From Planctomycetota bacterium (GTDB lineage: Bacteria; Planctomycetota; UBA11346), in NCBI GenBank assembly GCA_016745075.1, contig JADGDD010000003.1:327333-391332 (forward strand): DNA of 64,000 nucleotides, given 5' to 3'. The translations under genes and the position numbers were made by a program. Of this stretch, positions 10,268 through 19,809 are shown one piece after another. Every line of letters starts with the position of its first letter. Within the stretch, counting starts at the first letter, position 1. A model generated the notes under the pieces. That model was not told where the DNA came from. It searched no databases and saw only the letters and a list, made by a program, of their open reading frames with translations.

Positions 10268-11308
10268 ATGGGTTCACAAGGGCCGGCTGTTCATGTAATA
10301 GAGCGTTTTCATAATGTGCTTATGGCATTAGGGGCAGAACAGAAATCGTGGCCAGATATCTATTGGTTGCGTTTTGCTGCACAAATTTCAGTGGAAGCAA
10401 CAGATGATGCAGAAACAGCGGCGCGGCGTATTAAGAAAATTGCAGATGTTCTTGGAGATAATGCTTCGTGGATGAGTGCATTTTCTTCTCCAGCCCGTTT
10501 TGCCTTAGCTGCTTTGTTATTACAATCACGAGTTTTGCCGAAGTTCTTTGTCAGCTATCACGAGGAAGCACAGAAGATATTACGGGCAGAACGTATTCGT
10601 CGCGGTGGCTTTCATGAAACCATGGCTATTTTTATTTTTATGCTGACTCATGAGAAAGAACCTTTGTCTACTGAGGATGCTGTAAACTTGCGAACAATCT
10701 ATAATGAGATGAAAACGTATCATTGGTGGCTTACGGGGCCAGAAGATTTACCGGCTTGTGCTGCCTTAATGCAAAAAGGAGTGCCGCCTAAAATGGTAGC
10801 CGCAGAAGCTGAACAGGTCTATCAGTATTTGCACAATACAGGCATTCAAAATGGTGAACATTTGCAGATGGTCAGTAATTTATTGTCGATTATTGGTCTC
10901 AGTGTAGATGATGCCGTTTCGCGTTATTTGGCGATAGATCGAGTCTATCGAAAAGCCTTGCATGTTGATGATGCTCAAGGTCATGAAGCGGTCGTGGTAT
11001 TGAGTGTATTAGAGCAAGAGCCCGTTGTTGTGATACATACGATGATGAGTATCAGAGAAGAAATCGAAAAGATTCAACTCGCTCATTATGGACCAGAACA
11101 TCCAAGCAGTGCATCTACTACTATGATAGCGGTAGATCTTACCGTTTTAGACCTTATGCGTTATGATAAAGATATGGTCTTGCTTGAGCAGCCAGAGATT
11201 GAAAAACAGGAAGATACACTTCGTCGTTTTCATGTTATCCAAGCTGCATTGCTGAGTCGTTTTGATAGCAGCCATGAAGCTGTTAAGGGTAGCTCCGCAA
11301 GTTGTTAG
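10268..11308 (+). CDS. DUF4003-like hypothetical protein
   Basis: IYNEMKTYHWWLTGPEDLPACAAL resembles the DUF4003 signature; AAGGGA RBS before ATG 10268. Confidence 0.55.
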   Translation: MGSQGPAVHVIERFHNVLMALGAEQKSWPDIYWLRFAAQISVEATDDAETAARRIKKIADVLGDNASWMSAFSSPARFALAALLLQSRVLPKFFVSYHEEAQKILRAERIRRGGFHETMAIFIFMLTHEKEPLSTEDAVNLRTIYNEMKTYHWWLTGPEDLPACAALMQKGVPPKMVAAEAEQVYQYLHNTGIQNGEHLQMVSNLLSIIGLSVDDAVSRYLAIDRVYRKALHVDDAQGHEAVVVLSVLEQEPVVVIHTMMSIREEIEKIQLAHYGPEHPSSASTTMIAVDLTVLDLMRYDKDMVLLEQPEIEKQEDTLRRFHVIQAALLSRFDSSHEAVKGSSASC

Positions 11309-11414
11309 TCTGGAGTGAATACGTTCCCTCTTCTTTAATATCTGCGATTGAGTCGCTTTGTGGCTGATGTGCAGCTATTGATTGACCACAGGAGGCTTTA
11401 TCTAGTATGTGCGC

Positions 11415-11894
11415 ATGATAAAGAGCATATGTAAAGCTGGAATGTTGACACTAACCATCTTCGGAATGAGCGCGGTTACTGCACATGAAGCCTCTGCTGA
11501 GCAAGGTATGGATTTTGTAACGTTGTCCAATCCACTCATCCTGAGCCTTGGTAAGAGCTACGTTAGCAGTGGCGTTGTCCAAGATTATGAAATTGGTCTC
11601 GGTGGTGTGCGTGCAGGTTACGGTATAGGCTCGTTTAACGGTCAAGGCGGTATAGCGCTGAAAGCTTGTTACATGTTTACGTGGGATGTTGATGTCGACC
11701 AATATTTAGATGATATCGACTTCGTTAAAGACAACGTTTTTGCTCCAGATAATAATTACTTTGGTGCAGAGTTAACCTTATCTTCTGGTGGTTATCGCAT
11801 AGCCGCAGGTGCCTACCAAAATCCAGATTATGATAAAGATGTATCTGATAGTGAAGAGTACCTCTTTTCATTAAGCCTCGGTTACGGATTTTAA
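11415..11894 (+). CDS. small secreted outer-membrane beta-barrel-like protein
   Basis: signal peptide, Gly/Tyr-rich amphipathic strands, C-terminal FSLSLGYGF beta-signal. Confidence 0.55.
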   Translation: MIKSICKAGMLTLTIFGMSAVTAHEASAEQGMDFVTLSNPLILSLGKSYVSSGVVQDYEIGLGGVRAGYGIGSFNGQGGIALKACYMFTWDVDVDQYLDDIDFVKDNVFAPDNNYFGAELTLSSGGYRIAAGAYQNPDYDKDVSDSEEYLFSLSLGYGF

Positions 11895-11915
11895 GAAATA
11901 CAGTTGTTGATAGAT

Positions 11916-11951
11916 CTTCTTCCACTCCTTTAAGCAAGGGGTGGATAGAAG
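11916..11951. terminator. hairpin between convergent genes
   Basis: TCCACTCCTT-TAAGC-AAGGGGTGGA stem with flanking CTTCT/AGAAG. Confidence 0.5.
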
Positions 11952-12016
11952 CATATGTTTCAGAGAGAATGATAAGTAGTGCTTAAATCATTCTCATAAA
12001 TCTACATTGTCTTGTT

Positions 12017-12910
12017 TTATAGAAGGTGCTTCAGCTTCATTGTTAATGCACACAGCGCTTGCGTAGATGGCAACGAAGACTGCAAAACAAAAGGTTTTCT
12101 GCTGCGGATCGATTCTGTTACTTGGATATCTCGTGGAATGTGACCAAGATACGAAAGTTTTTTGCCAAGGTAAGTAGTGGTGACGGTGTTTATTTTTTTG
12201 AAGACGGCTTCGCCTTCACTGGCGGAAGCGGCCATATTCACGATAATTTGAATGTCTTTGTTTGGGTCTTGTGCATGGAGTACTTTTATTAAGGCGTAGG
12301 CATCGGTTAAAGAGGTTGGGTCTGGGGTAATGACGTTTAAGACCAGTTTTGAACAGCGCAAAAAGGTGATGACTTCTTGACTAATACCCGCCATCGTATC
12401 AAACATAATAAGGTCGTATAAACTGCCTGCTTGGTGTATTTGCTGAATGAGGTGTGCAAACTGTTGGTGTGATAAATGGGTTAATTCTTCGCGGCCACTA
12501 GCGGCTGGAATAAAACCAGTTTTATAGTTGGTTTCGATGATGGCTTCATCTAGTGGTGCGCCACCCATGATAACTTCAAAGAGGGTATTGGTTGGGTTGA
12601 TACCCAGTAACACATCGGCATTGGCAAGGCCAAGATCACAATCTACTAAGAGTGGACGGATGCCTAGCTTGGCTAGAAGGATAGATATATTGACGGACAA
12701 GCTGGTTTTACCAACGCCACCTTTGCCACCAGTAATAGCCAGTGCGGGCAAGGTCGGTAAGACAGCTTGCTGGCGTTGGCGATTTTGTTGGCGCAAATTA
12801 TGTGCTTGGTCGGTCATAGAATAACGTGGAGACAAAGCAGATGGTGATGGTTGGCGAGCGGCACGGGTAGCAAATCCTTGTGAGGCGGGGTGTTGGCGAA
12901 GAATGGTCAT
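12017..12910 (-). CDS. flhG: MinD/ParA-family flagellar number regulator FlhG/FleN
   Basis: DQAHNLR, ITGGKGGVGKT, DCDLGLAN, TPDPTSLTDAYALIK; directly downstream of flhF (alternative start at 12817). Confidence 0.92.
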   Translation of the reverse strand: MTILRQHPASQGFATRAARQPSPSALSPRYSMTDQAHNLRQQNRQRQQAVLPTLPALAITGGKGGVGKTSLSVNISILLAKLGIRPLLVDCDLGLANADVLLGINPTNTLFEVIMGGAPLDEAIIETNYKTGFIPAASGREELTHLSHQQFAHLIQQIHQAGSLYDLIMFDTMAGISQEVITFLRCSKLVLNVITPDPTSLTDAYALIKVLHAQDPNKDIQIIVNMAASASEGEAVFKKINTVTTTYLGKKLSYLGHIPRDIQVTESIRSRKPFVLQSSLPSTQALCALTMKLKHLL

Positions 12911-14157
12911 GCACTGACCAAGGCTTCAGAAGTATGGAATGCAGGTTCAAAGATAGTATTGGTCAAATTTGGTCCGTCGGCAACTACTATATCGTCTGGC
13001 ACTTCTTGACCAGTGGTGCAGTAATGCACGGGAAGCTGATGGCGGCGTAGACAACCGTATAAACGGCCAGGAGCCATCAGTTCATCCATTTTGGTAATGC
13101 AGCTATGCTCGATAGGTAATAAGGAAAAACGTTCGACTACAGAGGCAAACTCGGCGCGGCCACTAGTAGCAGAGAGGGCAAGCATCACATGCATGGCTGG
13201 GTTGGTGTGGCAAAAATCACGTAGTTCATGTAGGCGGGCACTGTCAGATGGGTTTCGGCCAGCGGTATCAATAAGGATGTTATCGCAGTGACGGAAACGT
13301 TCGAGTACAGCGTGTAATTGTTCTGGGGTAGAGGCTACTTCAAATGGAAGGTCTAATAAATCTGCATAGGATTGGAGCTGTTCAGCAGCACCAATGCGGT
13401 AGGTGTCTATGGTCACAAGGGCAACTGAGCGATTTTGTTTCAGTACCAAATCTCCAGCTAACTTGGCAATGGTGGTGGTTTTGCCAACCCCAGTTGGGCC
13501 AACAACTAATAATTGTTTACAAGAATCCCAGTTAATACCGCCTGGTGTGAGAATACGTTTTTCTAAAACCCGTTGCATAAATAGTGGACGTTTGGCGGCA
13601 GGTAGTCTATCGCCAGCTTGAGCAAGTGCTTCATCAAGTTCTGCAATGCAATCTTCTGGTAATTCGTTATCGCGTAATGTTTGCGCAATGTCTTCTTCCA
13701 AGTGGGTACATTGGCTATTGGTGCCACTGGCAAGGCGGGCAAGTTGGCGACGAATACTTTTCAATTCAGCTCCAAGGTGTTCATCATGCTCGGTCAGTGG
13801 TTTCACCGCATCAACAGAAACGGTTGCAGGGGCAGTAGCCGCTGGCCGTATGGGTGTTTGTTCAGGCTCTGCCGGAACAGAAATAGGTTGCCATGGATTA
13901 TTGCTAATGTGTGGTTCTTCAATTGGAGCGGCAGCCTGTATTGATGGCTCATGCATTGCTTTCAAGCCGGGAAGTGTGCCTGCTTCTTTGTTGGGGTTGT
14001 CTTTGGCGGCAACCACTTCAATGCCGATCTTTTTACCAAAGAGTCCCGGCTCGGTAACAGAGCGTGTTTCGATAATTAAGGCATCATCACCCATGTTGGC
14101 TTTTACTTTATCAAGTGCTTCGGTCATGGTGCGACCCGTAAAACTGCGAACGATCAT
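12907..14157 (-). CDS. flhF: flagellar biosynthesis SRP-family GTPase FlhF
   Basis: GPTGVGKTTTIAKLA, DTYRIGAAEQL, DTAGR, TKMDE, GQEVPDDI. Confidence 0.95.
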   Translation of the reverse strand: MIVRSFTGRTMTEALDKVKANMGDDALIIETRSVTEPGLFGKKIGIEVVAAKDNPNKEAGTLPGLKAMHEPSIQAAAPIEEPHISNNPWQPISVPAEPEQTPIRPAATAPATVSVDAVKPLTEHDEHLGAELKSIRRQLARLASGTNSQCTHLEEDIAQTLRDNELPEDCIAELDEALAQAGDRLPAAKRPLFMQRVLEKRILTPGGINWDSCKQLLVVGPTGVGKTTTIAKLAGDLVLKQNRSVALVTIDTYRIGAAEQLQSYADLLDLPFEVASTPEQLHAVLERFRHCDNILIDTAGRNPSDSARLHELRDFCHTNPAMHVMLALSATSGRAEFASVVERFSLLPIEHSCITKMDELMAPGRLYGCLRRHQLPVHYCTTGQEVPDDIVVADGPNLTNTIFEPAFHTSEALVSA

Positions 14158-16265
14158 GATGGTACTCCTTCGGGTTGTGGTGCTTCAGCGTCATTGAGCG
14201 AGACGGTGCCAACAATATCGACACTCACGCTTGAGCCAATTTCTGAATAGCTCACAACGGGTAAATCAGGCATAAAACGACTGACGATTTGGTGCATGTG
14301 GCGGCGTAATGGTGCAGTCGTTAACAGCACTGGGTCGCTACCACGGGCGAGTGATTCTTGAGCGGTTTGATTTATTTTATCCATCAATTTTGAAGCTTCT
14401 GCTGGCGCAATACTTAAGCCGCCACCTTGTTGGGCGTTCATGATGCTACTGCTTAAACGTTGCTCTGTAACAGGGTCAAAAATAATGGCTGGTAATTGTC
14501 TGTCTGCATTTAAGTAGCCAGTGACGACACTTGGGCCTAGGTTGGCACGAACGGCCTCGGCAACAAAGGCTGGTTCAGCAGAGGCGTGGTCACTAATTGT
14601 TTCTAGGATTTTTTCTAGGTTGCTGACAGGAACATGTTCATCCAAGAGATGCCCTAGAACTTTTTGAACGAGACCAATCTTAACATTTTCTTCAACGTCT
14701 TTAACCAGCGTTGGTGATTCTTTTTTGAGGCTATCCAACATGCCTTGTACGTCTTCGCGGTTTAGTACACGGCTGGCGTTGCTGCGGAGAACTTGGGTCA
14801 AATGGGTAATAAAGACAGAGGCTGGATCTGTAACCGCATAACCAAGACCTTCTGCTTCGGCGCGTCTATGTTCATCAATCCAAACGGCATCTAGGCCGAA
14901 GGCCGGCTCTTTTGTTTCTTGGCCGTGAATAGGTGCGGCAACACTGCCGCCATCAATAGCCAACAAGCGCGCAGGATCAAGATCACCAGAGGCAACTTCT
15001 GTGCCATAGATAAAGACGCGGTAGGCATTCGGGTCAATTTGAATATTGTCTTTAATACGGATTGGTGGAATAAGCAGACTATCGTCGCGCGCCATTTGTT
15101 TACGTAGGGCGGTGACTCGCTCCAGTAATTTCCCGCCACGTTCAGCATCTACTAATGGGATTAAACGGTAGCCAATCTCGACACTAATACGATCAGTGGC
15201 GATCATATCTTCAATGCTTTCTTCTTGCGCCTCTTCTTCTTTGGCCTCTTCTTGTTCGTTCCAAGCATCGACTAATTCTTGTTCTTCATCTTGGTTACGT
15301 AGTTTCATATAGAGAAACATAAGAACGCAGCTAATTACAAAGAATGGGAAGAATGGAAGGCCGGGAACGATTGCTAAACCAAAAATAACCACAGCAGTAA
15401 TAAGAATGGCTTTTGGTTTCATGAAAAACTCACGTGGCAATTCTGTGCCAATGTTTTCCGAACTGCGAGATTTGGTCACCAACATACCAGAGCCAATAGC
15501 AATTAACAAAGATGGGATTTGGCTCACCAAACCGTCACCAATGGTTAAGATGGAGAAGAGTTCAACGGCATCACCAAAAGCCATGCCGCGCATAGCCATA
15601 CCAATTAAAATACCGGCAACTAAGTTGACGATGGTAATAATTAAACCGGCAATAGCATCACCTTTTACAAACTTACTCGCACCATCCATGCTTCCGTAAA
15701 ATTCTGCTTCAGATGATACTTTTTCACGTCGAATCCGGGCATCGGCCTCAGAAATAAGGCCTGCGTTTAAGTCCGCATCAATGGCCATTTGTTTACCAGG
15801 CATCGCGTCCAAAGTGAAGCGAGCAGCAACTTCAGCAATACGACCAGCACCTTTGGTAACTACTACCATTTGAATGATAACCAAGATGATAAAGATGACC
15901 AAACCAACAACGATATTGGAGCCAACTACAAATTGACCAAAACTTTCAATTAAGTCACCGCCAGTGCCCTCTAATAAGATAAGGCGGGTAGAAGCAACGT
16001 TTAAACTTAGTCTAAACAATGTGGTAATAAGCAGTAAGCTTGGGAAAGTAGAGAAATCTAGCGGTTCATGGGTATAGATAGATACTAGTAAGACTAACAT
16101 AGCCAAAGAGAGGTTGATTGTTAGCAATAAGGTCAGGGCGGCAGGCGGTACAGGTAGCAGCAAGACAGCCAAAATAGCCATCAAGGTAAACGCAAAGAAC
16201 AAGTCACTGCGCTTGGTTAAGCGGGCGACACTTGTTAATGGGATTTTGGATGCTGCTTCAGCCAC
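14154..16265 (-). CDS. flhA: flagellar export gate protein FlhA
   Basis: FPSLLLITTLFRLSLNVASTRLIL, RIAEVAARFTLDAMPGKQMAIDADL, FYGSMDGASKFVKGDAIAG; likely start GTG 16265 after ACGGAGG; context with flhF and flhG. Confidence 0.96.
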   Translation of the reverse strand: MAEAASKIPLTSVARLTKRSDLFFAFTLMAILAVLLLPVPPAALTLLLTINLSLAMLVLLVSIYTHEPLDFSTFPSLLLITTLFRLSLNVASTRLILLEGTGGDLIESFGQFVVGSNIVVGLVIFIILVIIQMVVVTKGAGRIAEVAARFTLDAMPGKQMAIDADLNAGLISEADARIRREKVSSEAEFYGSMDGASKFVKGDAIAGLIITIVNLVAGILIGMAMRGMAFGDAVELFSILTIGDGLVSQIPSLLIAIGSGMLVTKSRSSENIGTELPREFFMKPKAILITAVVIFGLAIVPGLPFFPFFVISCVLMFLYMKLRNQDEEQELVDAWNEQEEAKEEEAQEESIEDMIATDRISVEIGYRLIPLVDAERGGKLLERVTALRKQMARDDSLLIPPIRIKDNIQIDPNAYRVFIYGTEVASGDLDPARLLAIDGGSVAAPIHGQETKEPAFGLDAVWIDEHRRAEAEGLGYAVTDPASVFITHLTQVLRSNASRVLNREDVQGMLDSLKKESPTLVKDVEENVKIGLVQKVLGHLLDEHVPVSNLEKILETISDHASAEPAFVAEAVRANLGPSVVTGYLNADRQLPAIIFDPVTEQRLSSSIMNAQQGGGLSIAPAEASKLMDKINQTAQESLARGSDPVLLTTAPLRRHMHQIVSRFMPDLPVVSYSEIGSSVSVDIVGTVSLNDAEAPQPEGVPS

Positions 16266-16376
16266 CGAGACCTCCGTTCGTGTTGGCATGCTTGTCGCAC
16301 ACCCCCACACAGTTGTTGTATGTGTGAACATCTTGCTCCCAGCAAGTCGTTTGCACATACACTCATCTCTTATATG

Positions 16377-16392
16377 GCAAAGTATGTGCCAA
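16377..16392 (-). promoter_or_regulatory. sigma-54 (-24/-12) promoter of flhA-flhF-flhG
   Basis: minus strand TTGGCAC-ATACT-TTGC, an exact match to TGGCAC-N5-TTGC, about 110 bp upstream of flhA. Confidence 0.8.
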
Positions 16393-16686
16393 ATGGTTAT
16401 CTTAACAGGAATGAAGAATGAGCCTGTAGATGAAGAGAGCTAGAGACAGTTTTGTGGAATCACTGTAAATCGTTTATTGAAAGCTCTTTAACAGGACTAT
16501 TCTTCTGATTTAATCAAGTGTGTATCTAACAGCGGTGCTTGAGCCTAAGCTTCTTAGCAAAAACCAAGTCATAAGGGTCCCTCGAGCAAAACATTGCAGG
16601 AGACAGGTCTTAGTATCAGCATCGTAAGGCGACGGTTGTGCGTAATGGGTTCTATATTTGCGTACTTACGGACGCACTAATGGATA

Positions 16687-17514
16687 TCAGACATGGGTGC
16701 CTAGCTCTTCAAATAATCGACGACCCTCTATCTCTGTGATCTGAACTCCAAGTTCTTCAACGAGTATTTGCATGAGTTGTTGAGAGGTGTTAATTGGCGT
16801 GGTTTGTTTCTTCGATTTTCTGATTACCCAATATTCCAGATCGCGTAGCGAACGTATTTCATTCGCTAAGATGCGTGAAGCGACCAAATGATTAACGAAC
16901 GCCGCATCGGGATGACGATGCGAGTAAAAGTGCCCTAACTCACAATCGGATTGGCCGTATTGTGCAAGTTCAAACCGATACAATGAGAAGAAAGCATTTT
17001 CTTTCAAGATTTGCACATGATATTTGCCTGAACATCTTTCTTTAACGCGAAATACTCTATCCCCATCACGCGTTTCGCTTTCTGACATACGGACTGGTAC
17101 CCTAGGGCCGAGTGAGCCAAAGCCTACATCTAAGACATAGCGTTGCCCTTCATGCTCAATAGTTGAGATCCGGTGTGTCAAGCCAGGGTGGTTGTCTTGA
17201 TTATAGGTGACGCGTGCTAAATAGAGTTCTGGCGAGAAACCGAGTTCTTTAAGCACCTCATAGAGAAGGCCGTTCTGTTCGAAACAATATCCACCTCGAC
17301 GTCGAACCACAATTCGGTTGAATAGCGAATCGAAGTCCAAAGGCAAATTATCACCAAGGAGACAGCCAACGCTACTAAAAGCAAAAGTGGCGACATGGCG
17401 CTGTACCAACTCACATAGAAATTCATAATCTAACGTGTAATTGTGCAGACCGAGGACCCGAAGGTATTCATCAACCATTTCGCTTCGCAGCATAATGCTC
17501 TCCAATGCCGTCAT
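16687..17514 (-). CDS. arylamine N-acetyltransferase
   Basis: RRRGGYCFEQN (catalytic Cys), TH (His), LDVGFG (Asp) triad motifs; GTTAGAT core site just upstream (17530-17536). Confidence 0.93.
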   Translation of the reverse strand: MTALESIMLRSEMVDEYLRVLGLHNYTLDYEFLCELVQRHVATFAFSSVGCLLGDNLPLDFDSLFNRIVVRRRGGYCFEQNGLLYEVLKELGFSPELYLARVTYNQDNHPGLTHRISTIEHEGQRYVLDVGFGSLGPRVPVRMSESETRDGDRVFRVKERCSGKYHVQILKENAFFSLYRFELAQYGQSDCELGHFYSHRHPDAAFVNHLVASRILANEIRSLRDLEYWVIRKSKKQTTPINTSQQLMQILVEELGVQITEIEGRRLFEELGTHV

Positions 17515-17861
17515 GGGCTTTTGGTCTCTATCTAACGCTCAGACCGCGAGAGGTAGATGAAGTGCAGACTGCTTAAGTTTGCGTCAGTGATACGTGGATG
17601 CAAGTTGTGTGACTTTATGCGTGCGCTGACTTTTGAATGAATCGACCAACTGTTCTTTTCTTACTTCAGAGCAAATGATCTATTTCATCAGAATGGTGAG
17701 CAATATATCGCTTTCCTTTTATGCACAGGGCAAGGGTCTGTAGCAAAACAACAGAGGTTACTATAAGTAAAGTAAAGAAACGACGTTATACGGATAGTAA
17801 TCTTATGCAAGCTACGTAAGGATTTTGTCGTAGAATCGCTTTATTTGGCGAGGGCAATGAT

Positions 17862-18295
17862 TTATAAAGTTATCTTAAAAGGGATGGGGTCTACTTGGCT
17901 TGCAATCTTTTGATAAAGAGACTGAGCAGATTTATTTGCAATTCTTGTTTGCCAATTCAGAACAGCCATGTTTTTTGCAACAGACTCTATCAGCAGTTTC
18001 TCAATACCTTGTCCTCTTGCCTCCGGAGATGCATACAGGTCTTGTGGATAACAGGCATCATTGATCAACTAAATTGATGGATGGAAATAAAGCAGGGCAA
18101 AGCCAAGAGCCTTTTCTCCAAAAGCCGCAATGCCTTGTATGTCACCTGATGGAGAGTTAATCTGCTATAAATATTCTTATTTAATTCTGTATGTAATTCA
18201 CTTGCTCTTGAACCAGCATAATCTGTCCACATAATCTTCCATTTCGAAAAAGGTAGATCACTCAAATTCCCAGTTCTTATCGGTATAATCTGCAC
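17862..18295 (-). pseudogene. disrupted GNAT family acetyltransferase
   Basis: Split over two frames. The second frame reads GFALLYFHPSI*LINDACYPQDLYASPEARGQGI..AQSLY, i.e. a frameshift plus an in-frame TAG. Confidence 0.75.
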
Positions 18296-18347
18296 CTAAC
18301 TTTTTGCCATGCCCTTTGTCGGTATCCGGTGTAGCGTCTTGTTCGGC
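18294..18347 (-). repeat. partial attC-like site (left arm recognisable, right arm degraded)
   Basis: GCCGAAC-AAGAC-GCTACACCGGATACCGAC...GTTAGGT; translates PNKTLHRIP, a typical attC read-through; next ORF starts at the GTTAGGT. Confidence 0.5.
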
Positions 18348-18874
18348 TTTTGGACTGCATTCCCAAGTAAGGGCTTTTTCATCAACACCCCTTTCCATGT
18401 GCCGACAAAGAAAGGTTTCATTGTCTTAAAACCAGCTTTTTCATAGTAACCAATCAGAGAACTTTCTCCATTCCAGCAATCGAGGTATATCCATTTATGG
18501 TTTTTCTTTTCTGCTAATGCTTCAGCAAAATGTAAGAGTTCTGTCCCAATGCCGAGACCTTTCTGATGTCTGTCTGTTACAAGACTGGCAATATAGAAAG
18601 AGCCTTTTTGAATCAGTCCATGTAATTCACCAACATATGCTGGAGGATGGCGAACCAAGGAGATAAACCCAACGATAGTATCATTTATTATTGCGACATA
18701 AGAATTTCCCTGGTTTATCCATTCCTGAACCTTTGAGATCATTTCCGTTTTTTCAGAAAAAGATTCAGTCCCCCACTGAGCAGAGAGACCTTTATCTGTT
18801 AACCATTTTACAGCTATATCAAAGATGCTAAGAATTGAGGTTTCATCATTTTTTTGGGCAGGCCGAATGATCAT
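18296..18874 (-). CDS. GNAT family N-acetyltransferase
   Basis: IIRPA, SLVTD...KGLGIGTELL, YLDCW, YYEKAGF. Confidence 0.88.
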   Translation of the reverse strand: MIIRPAQKNDETSILSIFDIAVKWLTDKGLSAQWGTESFSEKTEMISKVQEWINQGNSYVAIINDTIVGFISLVRHPPAYVGELHGLIQKGSFYIASLVTDRHQKGLGIGTELLHFAEALAEKKNHKWIYLDCWNGESSLIGYYEKAGFKTMKPFFVGTWKGVLMKKPLLGNAVQKPNKTLHRIPTKGMAKS

Positions 18875-19057
18875 TTAGCAAATATTCCTTTTGCCGGTGG
18901 GAAGGTCTGAAGCGCTATACAGAAGTGACAGGCTCTAGGCGATTAATAGAAGAGGATAAACTTATGTAGGTAATTTTCTTATGCAAGTTGCGCAGTATCG
19001 CATCGCCGATTTATTAGGCATTGACTATGGTTTGTCATTATGGGTTGAGCTCATTTT

Positions 19058-19540
19058 TGATCTTTCCCCCATACTTAGGACAGTGGGTTAAGTAAATAAG
19101 AGTGTATTCTGTTTGTTCATTTTTCCAGCATATTATGCTGCGCCGTAACGTGATTCAAAATTATTTGTGGTGTCTATGTACTTCTTCAACCTTTAATGAA
19201 CGGAAGAAACCCTTAGCTACAGCATTATCATAACAAGCTCATACTTCGCCGAAGATGATGTTGTTCAAGAAGTGCTATGAAATCATAGCTAGCATAGTGG
19301 CTGCCTCCATCTGAATGAAAGATGATGCCTTGTGATCGTTTTCTATTTGAGAGGTCCATCGTCATTGCGTTCATAACAATGCCTCGCTCGAGTGAGTTTG
19401 AGAATGACTACCTAATTAATTTACGAGAGAAAAGATCAATCACTGTAGCAAAATACAGCCAACCTTCACCAGTCTCTATACAGGTGGTATCTCCAACCCA
19501 TTTCTCATTAGGACGAGCTACTTGAAAATACTGTTTCAAA
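19058..19540 (-). mobile_element. IS3-family remnant: truncated OrfB DDE transposase pseudogene plus one terminal inverted repeat
   Basis: Minus-strand translation PNEKWVGDTT...GEGWLYFATVIDLFSRKLIR*...IIFHSDGGSHYAS...SMS, then after a frameshift CYDNAVAKGFFRSLK.E; IS3-like end TGATCTTTCCCCCATACTTAGGACA at 19058. Confidence 0.9.
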
Positions 19541-19749
19541 AGGAGTGATTTTTCGCTTAGATATCTGTCCATCAAATGGGGGGGAGGTCATAACTATAAT
19601 AAACCCGTCAATATTATCTATCTTAATCACTAGATCATGGCCCAATTTCTACTTTATTACAGATAATGAGTATTTAGTTGGGTCAACTGTTTCTTGTTTG
19701 TCTATGAACTTGGTGTTATTGGAACCATGAGAAGACTGCTATATGGTGT

Positions 19750-19809
19750 GCCTAACGTTACACATCACTGGCGCCAGGTACGAGTGTTTGCTGCATGCGG
19801 TTGTGAGAT
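19750..19809 (-). repeat. attC (59-base element) site, 60 bp
   Basis: ATCTCAC-AACCG-CATGCAGC...AGTGATGTG-TAAC-GTTAGGC: R'' is one mismatch from RYYYAAC, L''/L' imperfectly complementary with an extra base, R' is an exact GTTRRRY; overlaps the fucosidase 3' end. Confidence 0.72.

Noticed and set aside
13646-14197. 183-aa plus-strand ORF and many similar overlapping ORFs in the track
   Set aside because: Antisense or out-of-frame shadows of well-supported genes
12017-16265. FlhA homolog as injectisome (T3SS) SctV
   Set aside because: Adjacent flhF and flhG indicate a flagellar system
16525-19020. Short repeats as a CRISPR array
   Set aside because: The copies are few, divergent and separated by whole genes rather than 30-40 bp spacers; no cas genes present
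19322-19525. Plus-strand 67-aa ORF in the track
   Set aside because: It is the antisense shadow of the IS3 orfB remnant
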